This document shows, in pieces, positions 53,372-62,619 of a stretch of 64,000 bases of DNA (the stretch's first letter is position 1; each line of letters opens with the position of its first letter). The notes below the pieces were generated by a model. It made no database searches and had not been told where the DNA came from. It saw nothing but the letters and a program-made list of their open reading frames with translations. The stretch is taken from contig QZKJ01000118.1 of the NCBI GenBank assembly GCA_003605035.1, positions 18,304-82,303 of the forward strand. Direction: 5' to 3'. The DNA is from Desulfurivibrio sp. (GTDB taxonomy: Bacteria > Desulfobacterota > Desulfobulbia > Desulfobulbales > SURF-16). The position numbers and the translations under genes are program-made.

Positions 53372-56089
53372 ATGATCAGAAAAAAACTATACGTCAATGG
53401 TATAGAAAAAAATCTTATCGTGGATGCTGATGAAAGTCTGGCGGAAGTTCTGCGCAAAAGGCTGAGACTCACCGGCACCAAGATCGGCTGCGGCAAGGCC
53501 CAGTGTGGCGCCTGCAATGTCATCATGGACGGCAAGCTGACCAGGTCCTGCGTGACCAAGATGTCACGGGTGGCTGATGGCGCCGCCGTTACCACCATTG
53601 AGGGTATCGGCACCCCGGACGACCTTCATGCCCTGCAGATGGCCTGGATGGTGCATGGCGGCGCCCAGTGCGGCTTCTGTACCCCCGGTTTCATCGTTTC
53701 CGCCAAGGCCCTGCTTGATGCCAATGCCGACCCTTCCCGTGAAGAGGTGCGTGACTGGTTTCAGAAAAACCGCAATGCCTGCCGCTGCACGGGATACAAG
53801 CAGCTGGTTGATGCGGTGCAGGATGCCGCCAGGGTGCTGAAAGGCGAAATCAGCCTGAAAGACCTGGCCTACAAGATTCCGGCGGACGGCAAGGTGTTCG
53901 GCACCCATCAGCCCCGGCCGAGCGCTGCCGCCAAGGTTACCGGCACTTGGGATTTCGGAGCGGACCGCGGCCTGCAGCTTCCCGATGAGACCCTGCAGCT
54001 GGCCCTGGTGCAGGCTGAGGTTTCCCACGCCAATATCCTCTCCGTGGATACCAGCGAGGCGGAAAAAATGCCCGGCGTCTTCAAGGTGGTCACCGCCAGG
54101 GACATCAAGGGCAAGAACCGCATCACCGGGCTGATCACCTTCCCCACCAACAAGGGTGACGGCTGGGACCGCCCCATCCTCTGCGATGAAAAGGTCTTCC
54201 AGTTCGGCGATGCAATTGCCATCGTCTGCGCCGATACCGAAAAGCACGCCAAAGAGGCGGCTAAGATGGTCAAGGTGCAGTTGGAAGAGCTGCCGGCCTA
54301 CATGAGCGCGCCGGCGGCCATGGAAGAGGATGCCCTGGAAATCCATCCCGGCACTCCGAACGTCTATTTTATCCAGAAGATCGCCAAGGGTGAGGAGACC
54401 GCCCCTATTTTCGACAAGGCGGAGGTCGTCATCGAGGGCAACTATTATGTCGGCCGCCAACCCCATATGCCCATTGAACCTGATGTCGGTTTTGCCTATT
54501 ACAACGACGACAACAAGCTGGTCATCCATTCCAAATCCATCGGCGTCCATCTCCATCTCTATATGATCGCCCCGGGGCTCGGCGTGGCGCCGGAAGACCT
54601 GATCCTGGTGCAGAACAACACCGGCGGCACCTTCGGCTACAAGTTCAGCCCCACCATGGAGGCCCTGGTCGGCGCCGCGGCCATTGCCACCGGCCGTCCC
54701 GTATTTCTCTGCTACGATTATTTCCAGCAGCAGACCTATACCGGCAAACGCTCGCCTTTCTTCATGAATGTCAAGATGGCCACGGACAAGAACGGCATGA
54801 TCAAGGCCATGGAAACCGACTGGACCGTTGACCACGGACCCTATTCGGAATTCGGCGACCTGCTCACCCTGCGCGGCGCCCAGTTCATCGGCGCGGGCTA
54901 TGACATCAGAAATATCCGCGGCGAAGGCCGCACGGTGTGTACCAACCATGCCTGGGGTTCCGCCTTCCGCGGCTACGGCTCGCCCCAGTCCGAGTTCGCC
55001 TCCGAGGTTTTGATGGACGAACTGGCGGAAAAACTCGGCATGGATCCCCTGGAACTGCGCTACAAGAACTGTTACCGCAAGGGCGCCACCAGCCCCACCG
55101 GCCAGGACCCCGAGGTCTATTCCCTGCCGGAGATGCTCGATATCCTGCGTCCCAAATATGAGGCGGCCAAAAAGAAGGTTGCCGCCACCTCCACCGATGC
55201 GGTAAAACGCGGGGTAGGCATCGCTCTGGGCGTTTACGGTTGCGGTCTGGACGGCCCGGATACGGCGGAAGTGGATGTTGAACTGAACGCCGACGGCACG
55301 GTAACTGTCTACAACTGCTGGGAAGACCATGGCCAGGGAGCTGACATGGGAAGCCTGGGCACCGCCCATGAGGCCTTAAAACCCCTGGGAATTTCCGGCG
55401 ATCGCATTAAACTGGTGATGAACGACACGAGCATCTGCCCCAACTCCGGGCCTGCCGGCGGCAGCCGCAGCCAGGTGGTGGTCGGTCAGGCCATCCGGGT
55501 CGCCTGCGAGGAGCTGATCAAGGCCATGAAAAAGGCTGACGGTTCCTTCCGTACCTGCGAGGAAATGAAGGCGGAAAACATCCCCACCAGGGTGAACGGC
55601 AAATGGTCGGCCCCGGCCGGGGCCTGCGATGAAAACGGCCAGGGCAATCCCTTCTGCTGCTACATGTACGGTATGTTCATGGCCGAGGTAGCCGTGGAAG
55701 TGGCCACCGGCAAGACCACGGTTGAAAAAATGACCTGCGTGGCCGATGTCGGCAAGATCAACAACAAACTGGTGGTGGACGGTCAGCTTTACGGCGGTAT
55801 GGCCCAGGCCATCGGTCTTGCCCTGACCGAGGATTTCGAGGACATCAAAAAGCACTCAACCCTGGTTGGCGCGGGATTTCCTTATATCAAACAGATCCCT
55901 GACGACATGGAGCTGTTCTATGTGGAAACCCCGCGTCCCGACGGTCCCTTCGGCGCCTCGGGTGTCGGCGAATTACCGCTGACCTGCCCCCATGCCGCCG
56001 TGATCAACGGTATTTATCATGCCTGTGGCGCCCGAGTCAGAAACCTGCCGGCCCTGCCGGAAAAGGTGCTGGCCGCCATGAAGAAGTAA
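53372..56089 (+). CDS. mop: molybdopterin (MCD)-dependent aldehyde oxidoreductase, Desulfovibrio gigas Mop type
   Basis: 905 aa single chain. N-terminal plant-type [2Fe-2S] GCGKAQCGACNVIMDG, second [2Fe-2S] CGFCTPGF...CRCTGY, then a xanthine-oxidase-family Mo domain with no FAD domain. Length and architecture match D. gigas MOP (about 907 aa). Confidence 0.92.
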   Translation: MIRKKLYVNGIEKNLIVDADESLAEVLRKRLRLTGTKIGCGKAQCGACNVIMDGKLTRSCVTKMSRVADGAAVTTIEGIGTPDDLHALQMAWMVHGGAQCGFCTPGFIVSAKALLDANADPSREEVRDWFQKNRNACRCTGYKQLVDAVQDAARVLKGEISLKDLAYKIPADGKVFGTHQPRPSAAAKVTGTWDFGADRGLQLPDETLQLALVQAEVSHANILSVDTSEAEKMPGVFKVVTARDIKGKNRITGLITFPTNKGDGWDRPILCDEKVFQFGDAIAIVCADTEKHAKEAAKMVKVQLEELPAYMSAPAAMEEDALEIHPGTPNVYFIQKIAKGEETAPIFDKAEVVIEGNYYVGRQPHMPIEPDVGFAYYNDDNKLVIHSKSIGVHLHLYMIAPGLGVAPEDLILVQNNTGGTFGYKFSPTMEALVGAAAIATGRPVFLCYDYFQQQTYTGKRSPFFMNVKMATDKNGMIKAMETDWTVDHGPYSEFGDLLTLRGAQFIGAGYDIRNIRGEGRTVCTNHAWGSAFRGYGSPQSEFASEVLMDELAEKLGMDPLELRYKNCYRKGATSPTGQDPEVYSLPEMLDILRPKYEAAKKKVAATSTDAVKRGVGIALGVYGCGLDGPDTAEVDVELNADGTVTVYNCWEDHGQGADMGSLGTAHEALKPLGISGDRIKLVMNDTSICPNSGPAGGSRSQVVVGQAIRVACEELIKAMKKADGSFRTCEEMKAENIPTRVNGKWSAPAGACDENGQGNPFCCYMYGMFMAEVAVEVATGKTTVEKMTCVADVGKINNKLVVDGQLYGGMAQAIGLALTEDFEDIKKHSTLVGAGFPYIKQIPDDMELFYVETPRPDGPFGASGVGELPLTCPHAAVINGIYHACGARVRNLPALPEKVLAAMKK

Positions 56090-56188
56090 GCGGTACCGGC
56101 CCCTCCGGGCCAGAAAAAAAGTGGAGAGGGCAGCCACCCGGCTGTCCCCTCGCTTCATAACCTTTCAACCAGAAGGTTCCCACCCACC

Positions 56189-58489
56189 ATGGAGCAACAG
56201 CAACTCCGCAAGCTCGAAGCGACCTGCATACAGGAGGAATCACCCCAGTGCTCGGCCGCCTGCCCGATCCATATTGATGTCCGGGCCTTCATGGCCTGTC
56301 TGGCCGGGAAGGACTGGCGGGGCGCCAGGCGCGTGCTTGACCGGACCATGCCTTTTGCCGACATTGTCGGCCGCATCTGCGACGAACCCTGCCGCCAGGC
56401 CTGCAAGCGGTCCGAGATCGGCGATCCCCTGGCGGTTCACCGCCTGGAAAGATTCTGCGTGACCACTCAGCCCATGGTGCTCAGGTCACCCCGGCTGCCT
56501 GCCAAGGGAGGCAGCGTGGCGGTGATCGGTTCCGGCCTGGCCGCCATGACCGCAGCCCTTGACCTGGCCCGCAAGGGCCGCACCGCGGTGATGCTGACCA
56601 GTGATGAGCAGATCGGTGGCTCCCTGCGGCAGTATGCGGAGGAGATGCTGCCGGCCCAGGTGCTGGCCGTCGGCGTGGAGACCCTCTACTCCTATGGCGT
56701 CATCCTGCACTTCGGCTGCTCGCTCAACCAGGAATTTCTTGCAACGGTCAGACAGGATCATGATGCCGTTTTTCTGGACAGGGACTGCCGGGGCCTTGCC
56801 ACCCTGGCCGTTGATTGCACCCAGCCGGACCCCGTGACTCTTGCCATCGGCCTGGATGGCTGTTTTGCCGGCGGCGGCAGCACGGCAAACGGTTTTTCCG
56901 TCATGAAACAGGTGGAGGACGGCCGCCGGGCCGCTCTATCCATCGAACGCTATCTGCAGAAGGTATCACTTACCGCCCAGCGGGAACGGGAGGGCGTCTG
57001 CCCGACCCGGCTGTTTACCCAAATCGCCGGCATCCCGCCCCTCAGCGAGGTGCTGCCAGCCGACCCGGCCGCAGGCTATACCGCCCGGGAGGCCGTAGCG
57101 GAAGCGGCTCGCTGCATCCAGTGCGAGTGCATGGAATGCGTCAAGCAGTGCGCCTTCCTGCAGGAATTCAACGATTACCCCAAACGGCTGGTACGCAAAA
57201 TATATAACAACGAGGCCATTGTCCAGGGCACCCGCACCGCCAACAAAATGATCAACTCCTGCATGCTCTGCGGCCAGTGCACGGTGATCTGCCCCCACGA
57301 CTTCCCTCTGAACACGGTCTGCCGCACCACCAGGGCCAACATGGTGGCAAGCGCCACCATGCCGCCCTCGGCCCATGAGTTTGCCCTGCAGGACATGGAG
57401 TTCAGCCTCGGTACGTTCGCCGCCCTGGCCCGCCACCAGCCTGGCCGGGACAGCAGCCGCCTCCTCTTCTTTCCCGGCTGCCAGCTGGCCGGCTCCGCGC
57501 CACAGACGGTGGAACAGACCTACCTGCATCTGACCCGTCATCTGGACGGCGGGGTAGGGCTGATGCTTGGCTGCTGCGGCATTCCCGCCCACTGGTCCGG
57601 CCGGCAGGAGCTTTTCCACCGGACCATGCAGACCCTGGTGGCCGAAGTCGGCAGACTGGGCGATCCCCTCATTGTCACTGCCTGTTCCAGTTGCTATACC
57701 GTGTTCAAGGAATTTGCCCCGCAGCTTACGGTGCAGTCCCTCTGGCAGCTGCTGGACAAGATGGAACTCCCTGCTAATGCAGCGGCCCCGCCGCAGCCCA
57801 TGGCCATTCATGACCCCTGCACGGTCAGGCATGAGCCGCAGATACGCGCAAGCGTGCGTAATATCATAAAAAAAATCGGCATCAGCACCGAGGAACATCC
57901 CTATGCCGGCGAACTGACCGACTGCTGCGGCTACGGCGGACTGATGCAGTTCGCCAATGTGCCGCTAGGCGAAAAGGCCGCCCGCGCCAAGGCCCGGCGC
58001 AGCGAGTGCGACGGGCTGGCCTACTGCGCCATGTGCCGGGACAATATGGCCGCCACCGGCCGGCGTGTCGCCCATCTGCTTGACTATCTCTTCCCCGCGG
58101 CAAGCCGGCAGGACCCCCTGCTGCGGCCCAACCCCGGTTTTTCAGGACGCCATGAAAACCGGGCCAGACTCAAGCAGCATCTGCTTACCACCCTTTGGCA
58201 GGAGGAACCGCCGATGAACCCCGCTCACAAAGAAATCAAGCTGGTTATCGCCCCGCAGCTCATGGAGCTGCTGGACAAAAGACATATTCTGGAGGACGAC
58301 ATCCGGAAGGTCATTGGGCAGGCCGAGCAGAGCGGCAGACGGCTGGTTGATCCGGAAAACGGTCACTTTCTGGCCAGTTACCGGCCGGTGCGGGTGACCT
58401 ACTGGGTGGAGTATCAGCCGGGCCGGCAGGGATTTATCGTCCACAACGCCTACAGTCATCGCATGATCCTGCCGGGAGAAGCCAAATGA
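56189..58489 (+). CDS. fusion protein: GltD-like NAD(P)H/FAD oxidoreductase + 2x[4Fe-4S] + two CCG (HdrD/GlcF-like) domains + C-terminal extension
   Basis: 766 aa. N-terminal Cys cluster CSAACPIH...CDEPCRQAC, dinucleotide fold VAVIGSGLAAMTAALDLARKG, CIQCECMECVKQC + CMLCGQCTVICP, CCG-type segments FFPGCQ...GCCG and IHDPC...TDCCGYGG, then CDGLAYCAMCRD and a ~100-aa tail. Confidence 0.85.
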   Translation: MEQQQLRKLEATCIQEESPQCSAACPIHIDVRAFMACLAGKDWRGARRVLDRTMPFADIVGRICDEPCRQACKRSEIGDPLAVHRLERFCVTTQPMVLRSPRLPAKGGSVAVIGSGLAAMTAALDLARKGRTAVMLTSDEQIGGSLRQYAEEMLPAQVLAVGVETLYSYGVILHFGCSLNQEFLATVRQDHDAVFLDRDCRGLATLAVDCTQPDPVTLAIGLDGCFAGGGSTANGFSVMKQVEDGRRAALSIERYLQKVSLTAQREREGVCPTRLFTQIAGIPPLSEVLPADPAAGYTAREAVAEAARCIQCECMECVKQCAFLQEFNDYPKRLVRKIYNNEAIVQGTRTANKMINSCMLCGQCTVICPHDFPLNTVCRTTRANMVASATMPPSAHEFALQDMEFSLGTFAALARHQPGRDSSRLLFFPGCQLAGSAPQTVEQTYLHLTRHLDGGVGLMLGCCGIPAHWSGRQELFHRTMQTLVAEVGRLGDPLIVTACSSCYTVFKEFAPQLTVQSLWQLLDKMELPANAAAPPQPMAIHDPCTVRHEPQIRASVRNIIKKIGISTEEHPYAGELTDCCGYGGLMQFANVPLGEKAARAKARRSECDGLAYCAMCRDNMAATGRRVAHLLDYLFPAASRQDPLLRPNPGFSGRHENRARLKQHLLTTLWQEEPPMNPAHKEIKLVIAPQLMELLDKRHILEDDIRKVIGQAEQSGRRLVDPENGHFLASYRPVRVTYWVEYQPGRQGFIVHNAYSHRMILPGEAK

Positions 58490-58695
58490 GCACATTTTCC
58501 TTCATAAGCGAGACAGCCTGGCGCTGCGCCAGTTGCAATAAGGAACTGCATCCCCGCAAGGTGAATGTGGAATATATGGGCTCGGTGTTCAATGTTGAGC
58601 TGATGGTCTGTCCTGTCTGCGGCTTTGTGTTGATTCCCGAGAATCTGGCCCTCGGCAAGATGCTCGAGGTCGAGCAGCTGCTGGAAGACAAATGA
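58486..58695 (+). CDS. 69-aa four-Cys zinc-ribbon/rubredoxin-like protein
   Basis: CASC...CPVC pairs. ATGA overlap with the upstream gene. Confidence 0.7.
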   Translation: MSTFSFISETAWRCASCNKELHPRKVNVEYMGSVFNVELMVCPVCGFVLIPENLALGKMLEVEQLLEDK

Positions 58696-58705
58696 GCCAA
58701 ACCCC

Positions 58706-59440
58706 ATGACCAGCGCAACCTTGACACATACCCCTCTTCTCTGTGAACAGCAGGAACTGCGGCAGCTCACCGGCGACACACTGCGGCCCGGGGGGCTGGC
58801 GCTGACCAGCAGGGCCATGCAGTACTGCGCTCTGCCTGCCCGCAGCACCATTCTCGATGTGGGCTGCGGGTATGGCCGGACCATGGCCCTGCTTGCTGCG
58901 CAGTTTGCCCTGGCCCCGACCGGGCTGGATCCCTCGCCAGCCATGCTGCGGCAGGCGGCCTGCAGCTGTCCCGGCCTGCCGCTGCTGCAGGCCACGGCCG
59001 CCGCCATCCCCGTCCGCAACGGTTTTTTTGCTGCCCTGATCTCGGAATGCGTGCTGTCGCTGGCCGGCAATATGCCGGCCTGCCTGCGGGAAATGGGGCG
59101 GGTGCTGGCGCCGGGCGGCAAACTGGTGCTGACCGACATCTACGCCCGCAAACCAGACTCATTGCCTGCCGCCCGGCAGGGTGCGATCCGCAGCTGCTTT
59201 CACGGCGCGGTCTGCCTGGAAACCCTGGAGACATCCCTGCGGGACGCCGGCTTTACCATCCGGCTCTTTGAGGACCACACCGCCATGCTGCGGCAGCTGG
59301 CCGGGCAGATCATCTTCACTTATGGCAGCCTGGCCGCCTTCTGGCAGCTGTTCATGGGCGCGGAGCAGGCCGCCTGCACCTGCAGTTCCCTGGCCACGGC
59401 CAAGCCCGGTTATTACCTGCTCATCGCCGAAAAGGAGTAA
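58706..59440 (+). CDS. class I SAM-dependent methyltransferase
   Basis: 244 aa. Motif I ILDVGCGYGRTMALLA and post-I/II segments PGGKLVLTD. Confidence 0.85.
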   Translation: MTSATLTHTPLLCEQQELRQLTGDTLRPGGLALTSRAMQYCALPARSTILDVGCGYGRTMALLAAQFALAPTGLDPSPAMLRQAACSCPGLPLLQATAAAIPVRNGFFAALISECVLSLAGNMPACLREMGRVLAPGGKLVLTDIYARKPDSLPAARQGAIRSCFHGAVCLETLETSLRDAGFTIRLFEDHTAMLRQLAGQIIFTYGSLAAFWQLFMGAEQAACTCSSLATAKPGYYLLIAEKE

Positions 59441-59445
59441 GCGCC

Positions 59446-59901
59446 ATGGATGACACCGCACTCCGCATCATGCAGCTCAGCTCCCAGGGGCTCTGCTGCA
59501 GCCAGATTCTGATGAAGCTGGCCCTTGAAGACATGGGTGAGGAAAACCTTGCCCTGGTGCGCGCCATGTCCGGCCTCTGCCAGGGGCTGGGAGCAGGGGA
59601 GATGTGCGGGGCGGCCAGCGGCGCGGCCTGCGTCATCGCCCTCTATGCGGCCAAGGGGGACGGCAGTGAAGAGGAATCGCCGGATTATCAGCTGATGCTG
59701 GCCGATTTCACGGCATGGTTCACCGGCACAGCCCCGGGCAGGTGGGGAGGAATCAGATGCGATGAGATCATCCCCGCCGGGGCGGCCATGGAAATGCGCA
59801 AGTGCGGCGATATCATTGTCGAAAGTCGCAATAAGGTTCTGGAAATCCTTGCCGCCTACGGTGTTGACCCGAGTGTCTCCAGAGAGCTGCGCCATGGCTG
59901 A
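59446..59901 (+). CDS. C_GCAxxG_C_C-family putative redox-active protein
   Basis: 151 aa. N-terminal CCSQIL, central GEMCGAASGAACVI and a distal Cys pair (RCDEI...KCGDI), matching the family's namesake Cys pattern. Confidence 0.8.
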   Translation: MDDTALRIMQLSSQGLCCSQILMKLALEDMGEENLALVRAMSGLCQGLGAGEMCGAASGAACVIALYAAKGDGSEEESPDYQLMLADFTAWFTGTAPGRWGGIRCDEIIPAGAAMEMRKCGDIIVESRNKVLEILAAYGVDPSVSRELRHG

Positions 59902-61282
59902 TGGTACCCGTACAGATATCCTGGCCCGGACGGAGAGCGTCTGTCCGACCTGCCTGAGGCGTCTGCCGGCAATGCGGGAAAAGCAGGGCGAGGATGTCTA
60001 TCTGGTGAAAAAATGCCCGGAGCACGGAGAATTCAGGACCATCATCTGGCGGGGGCCGCTGCCTTTTTCCTCCTGGCAGCGACCGAAAAAGGCCTCCCCG
60101 CCCAGGCAGACCTTCACCGATACGGAAAAGGGCTGCCCCTTTGACTGCGGGCTCTGCCCGGACCACGGCCAGCATACCTGTACGGCCCTGATCGAGGTCA
60201 CTTCCCGCTGCAATCTGCGCTGCCAGGTTTGTTTTGCCGCTGCCGGCGATCACGGGGCTGCTGATCCGCCGCTTGAGCGGATCGCTTTCTACTATGACCG
60301 GCTGCTGGCGGCCAGCGGCCCCTGCAATATCCAATTGTCCGGCGGCGAGCCCACGGTACGTGAAGACCTGGCCGAGATCATCCGCTTAGGCCGGGACAAA
60401 GGCTTTTCCTTTCTGCAGCTCAACACCAACGGCATCCGTCTGGCCGAGGAGGAAGGCTATGCCAGGAGTCTGAAGGCGGCCGGCCTGTCATCCGTCTTTC
60501 TGCAGTTTGACGGCATCAGCGACGAAGTGCACCAGGCCCTGCGGGGACGGGCCCTGGCGGCAGTCAAGGAAAGGGCACTGGTCAACTGCGGCTTTGCCGG
60601 CCTCGGCGTGGTGCTGGTGCCTACCATCATGCCAGGGGTCAACTCCGGGGAAATCGGCAGCATCATCAACTATGCGGCCCGCTTTTCCCCCACGGTGCGG
60701 GGCGTGCATTTTCAACCGGTGAGCTATTTCGGCCGCTACCCGCATCAGCCCCATAACAGCGCCCGCATCACCCTGCCGGAGATATTGCTGTTGCTGGAAG
60801 AACAGACGAGGGGCAAGGTGGCGGCCAGTCTCTTCGCCCCGCCGGCCTGTGAACACGCCCTCTGCTCCTTTCATGCCAATTTTCTGGTGCAGGACAATTA
60901 CCGGCTGCAGGGGATCACCTCCTGGCAGCAGACCTGCTGTGCAGCCGCGGAAGCCAACGTTGAGATCCCCTCAGCCGTGGAGGGCCGGGAGAAAAACATC
61001 TCTTTTACCGCCAGGCAATGGGCCGCCCCCAAGGCCTGCGTTTGCCCGCCCACCATGGTGCAGGAAAATGAGGATGAGCTGGATTACTTTCTCAGAAGGG
61101 CCAAGACCCATACCTTTTCCATCTCGGGCATGGCCTTTCAGGATGCCTGGAATCTGGACCTGGAACGGCTGCAGGGGTGCTGCATCCATGTGGTTTCGCC
61201 GGAGGGGAAGGTGATCCCCTTCTGCGCCTATAACCTGACATCAAGCGAGGGCCGGGCCCTGCACCGGACTTGGGACGTCTGA
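59894..61282 (+). CDS. radical SAM protein with N-terminal zinc-ribbon and CxxxCxxCxxH pre-motif
   Basis: Start at MADGTRTD (ATG at 59894, 8-nt overlap with the upstream gene). CPTC...CPEHGEF, GCPFDCGLCPDHGQHTC, and the radical SAM triad SRCNLRCQVCFA. Confidence 0.85.
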   Translation: MADGTRTDILARTESVCPTCLRRLPAMREKQGEDVYLVKKCPEHGEFRTIIWRGPLPFSSWQRPKKASPPRQTFTDTEKGCPFDCGLCPDHGQHTCTALIEVTSRCNLRCQVCFAAAGDHGAADPPLERIAFYYDRLLAASGPCNIQLSGGEPTVREDLAEIIRLGRDKGFSFLQLNTNGIRLAEEEGYARSLKAAGLSSVFLQFDGISDEVHQALRGRALAAVKERALVNCGFAGLGVVLVPTIMPGVNSGEIGSIINYAARFSPTVRGVHFQPVSYFGRYPHQPHNSARITLPEILLLLEEQTRGKVAASLFAPPACEHALCSFHANFLVQDNYRLQGITSWQQTCCAAAEANVEIPSAVEGREKNISFTARQWAAPKACVCPPTMVQENEDELDYFLRRAKTHTFSISGMAFQDAWNLDLERLQGCCIHVVSPEGKVIPFCAYNLTSSEGRALHRTWDV

Positions 61283-62619
61283 TGAAAAGGACAACGGTTG
61301 AAGAGATCCTGCTCAGCAGCATGAAGGCCGCAGCAGGGCAGCTGCCTGACCGGGCCGCCATCGAAAGGTACCAGTTCGGCAGACTGCGGCAGACCATCGC
61401 GCATGCCGCGGCAAAGAGCCCCTTTTACCGGGACAGACTGGCGGGAGTCAGGCCGGCGGAGATCACGGACCACGGCTCCCTGTCCCGTTTGCCCTTTACC
61501 AGCGAAGATGATCTGCGCCGCCGGGGCCAGCAGATGCTCTGCGTCAGCCAGGATGAGGTGGCCCGCATCATCACCATGCAGAGTTCCGGCACCACCGGCC
61601 CGCCCAAGCGGCTGTTTTTCAGCGAGGAGGACCTGGAGCGCACCCTTGATTTTTTCCATCACGGCATGCGCGCCCTGGTCAGGCCGGGGCAGAAGGTGCT
61701 GATCCTGCTACCCGGCGCCACCCCGGACTCCACCGGCGATCTGCTGGCCCGCGGCCTGGCGAGGATGGAGGTGGCCAGCCGCATCTACGGGCTGGTGGCT
61801 GATCCGCTGCAGGCGGCCGCGGAGGTGTTTGCCGAAGGTTTTGACGCCCTGGTCGGCTTTCCGGTGCAGGTGCTGGCCCTGTCCCGCACCCCGGCCGGGC
61901 AGTCCGTGCCGGCCGGACGGATCAAATCCGTGCTGCTCTGCTCGGATTACATCCCGCGGACCGTGTGCGACGAAGTATCCGCCGCCTGGCGCTGCCGGGT
62001 CTTCAGCCATTACGGCACCGTGGAAAGCGGGCTGGGTGGCGGAGTGGAGTGCGAAGCCCTGTGCGGCTGTCATCTGCGGGAAGCGGACCTGCTCTTTGAA
62101 GTGGTCTGCCCGCGGACCGGCGTCGCCCTGCCCCCGGGTCAGTGGGGTGAACTCGTCTTTTCCACCCTGAGCCGCCGGGCCATGCCTCTGATCCGCTACC
62201 GGACCGGCGATCGGGGCCGTCTGCTTGCCGGGCCCTGCAGGTGCGGCAGCCCGCTTGCCAGGCTGGACAAGGTGCGCGGCAGGATCAGCCAGGTGCGGCA
62301 ACTGGCCAACGGTCAGACCCTCTCCCTGGCCCTGCTGGATGAACTGCTGCTCGCCATTCCCGGGGTGCTGGATTTTCAGGCAGTGCTCGACCGGGACAAG
62401 GATGGCGAGCGACTCACGGTCCGTCTGACCACTCTTCCGGCAAAGCGGGACCAGTCGTTGCAGCAGGCTGCCCTGCAGCTCAAGGAGCTTGCCCGACTGC
62501 GGGATTTGCAGATTGGTATGGCGGCAAACCCTGGCGGCCTCATCAACCGAGGTAAACGCATAATCGAAGACAACAGAGGAAAAATCAGCCATGAAACAGC
62601 TTATCAGGCAGCTTTGTGA
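61282..62619 (+). CDS. PaaK/coenzyme-F390-synthetase-like adenylate-forming (AMP-dependent) ligase
   Basis: About 445 aa. Phosphate-binding loop SSGTTGPPKR, YGTVESG, and YRTGDRG near the C-terminal hinge. ATG at 61282 shares one nt with the radical SAM stop. Confidence 0.85.
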   Translation: MKRTTVEEILLSSMKAAAGQLPDRAAIERYQFGRLRQTIAHAAAKSPFYRDRLAGVRPAEITDHGSLSRLPFTSEDDLRRRGQQMLCVSQDEVARIITMQSSGTTGPPKRLFFSEEDLERTLDFFHHGMRALVRPGQKVLILLPGATPDSTGDLLARGLARMEVASRIYGLVADPLQAAAEVFAEGFDALVGFPVQVLALSRTPAGQSVPAGRIKSVLLCSDYIPRTVCDEVSAAWRCRVFSHYGTVESGLGGGVECEALCGCHLREADLLFEVVCPRTGVALPPGQWGELVFSTLSRRAMPLIRYRTGDRGRLLAGPCRCGSPLARLDKVRGRISQVRQLANGQTLSLALLDELLLAIPGVLDFQAVLDRDKDGERLTVRLTTLPAKRDQSLQQAALQLKELARLRDLQIGMAANPGGLINRGKRIIEDNRGKISHETAYQAAL

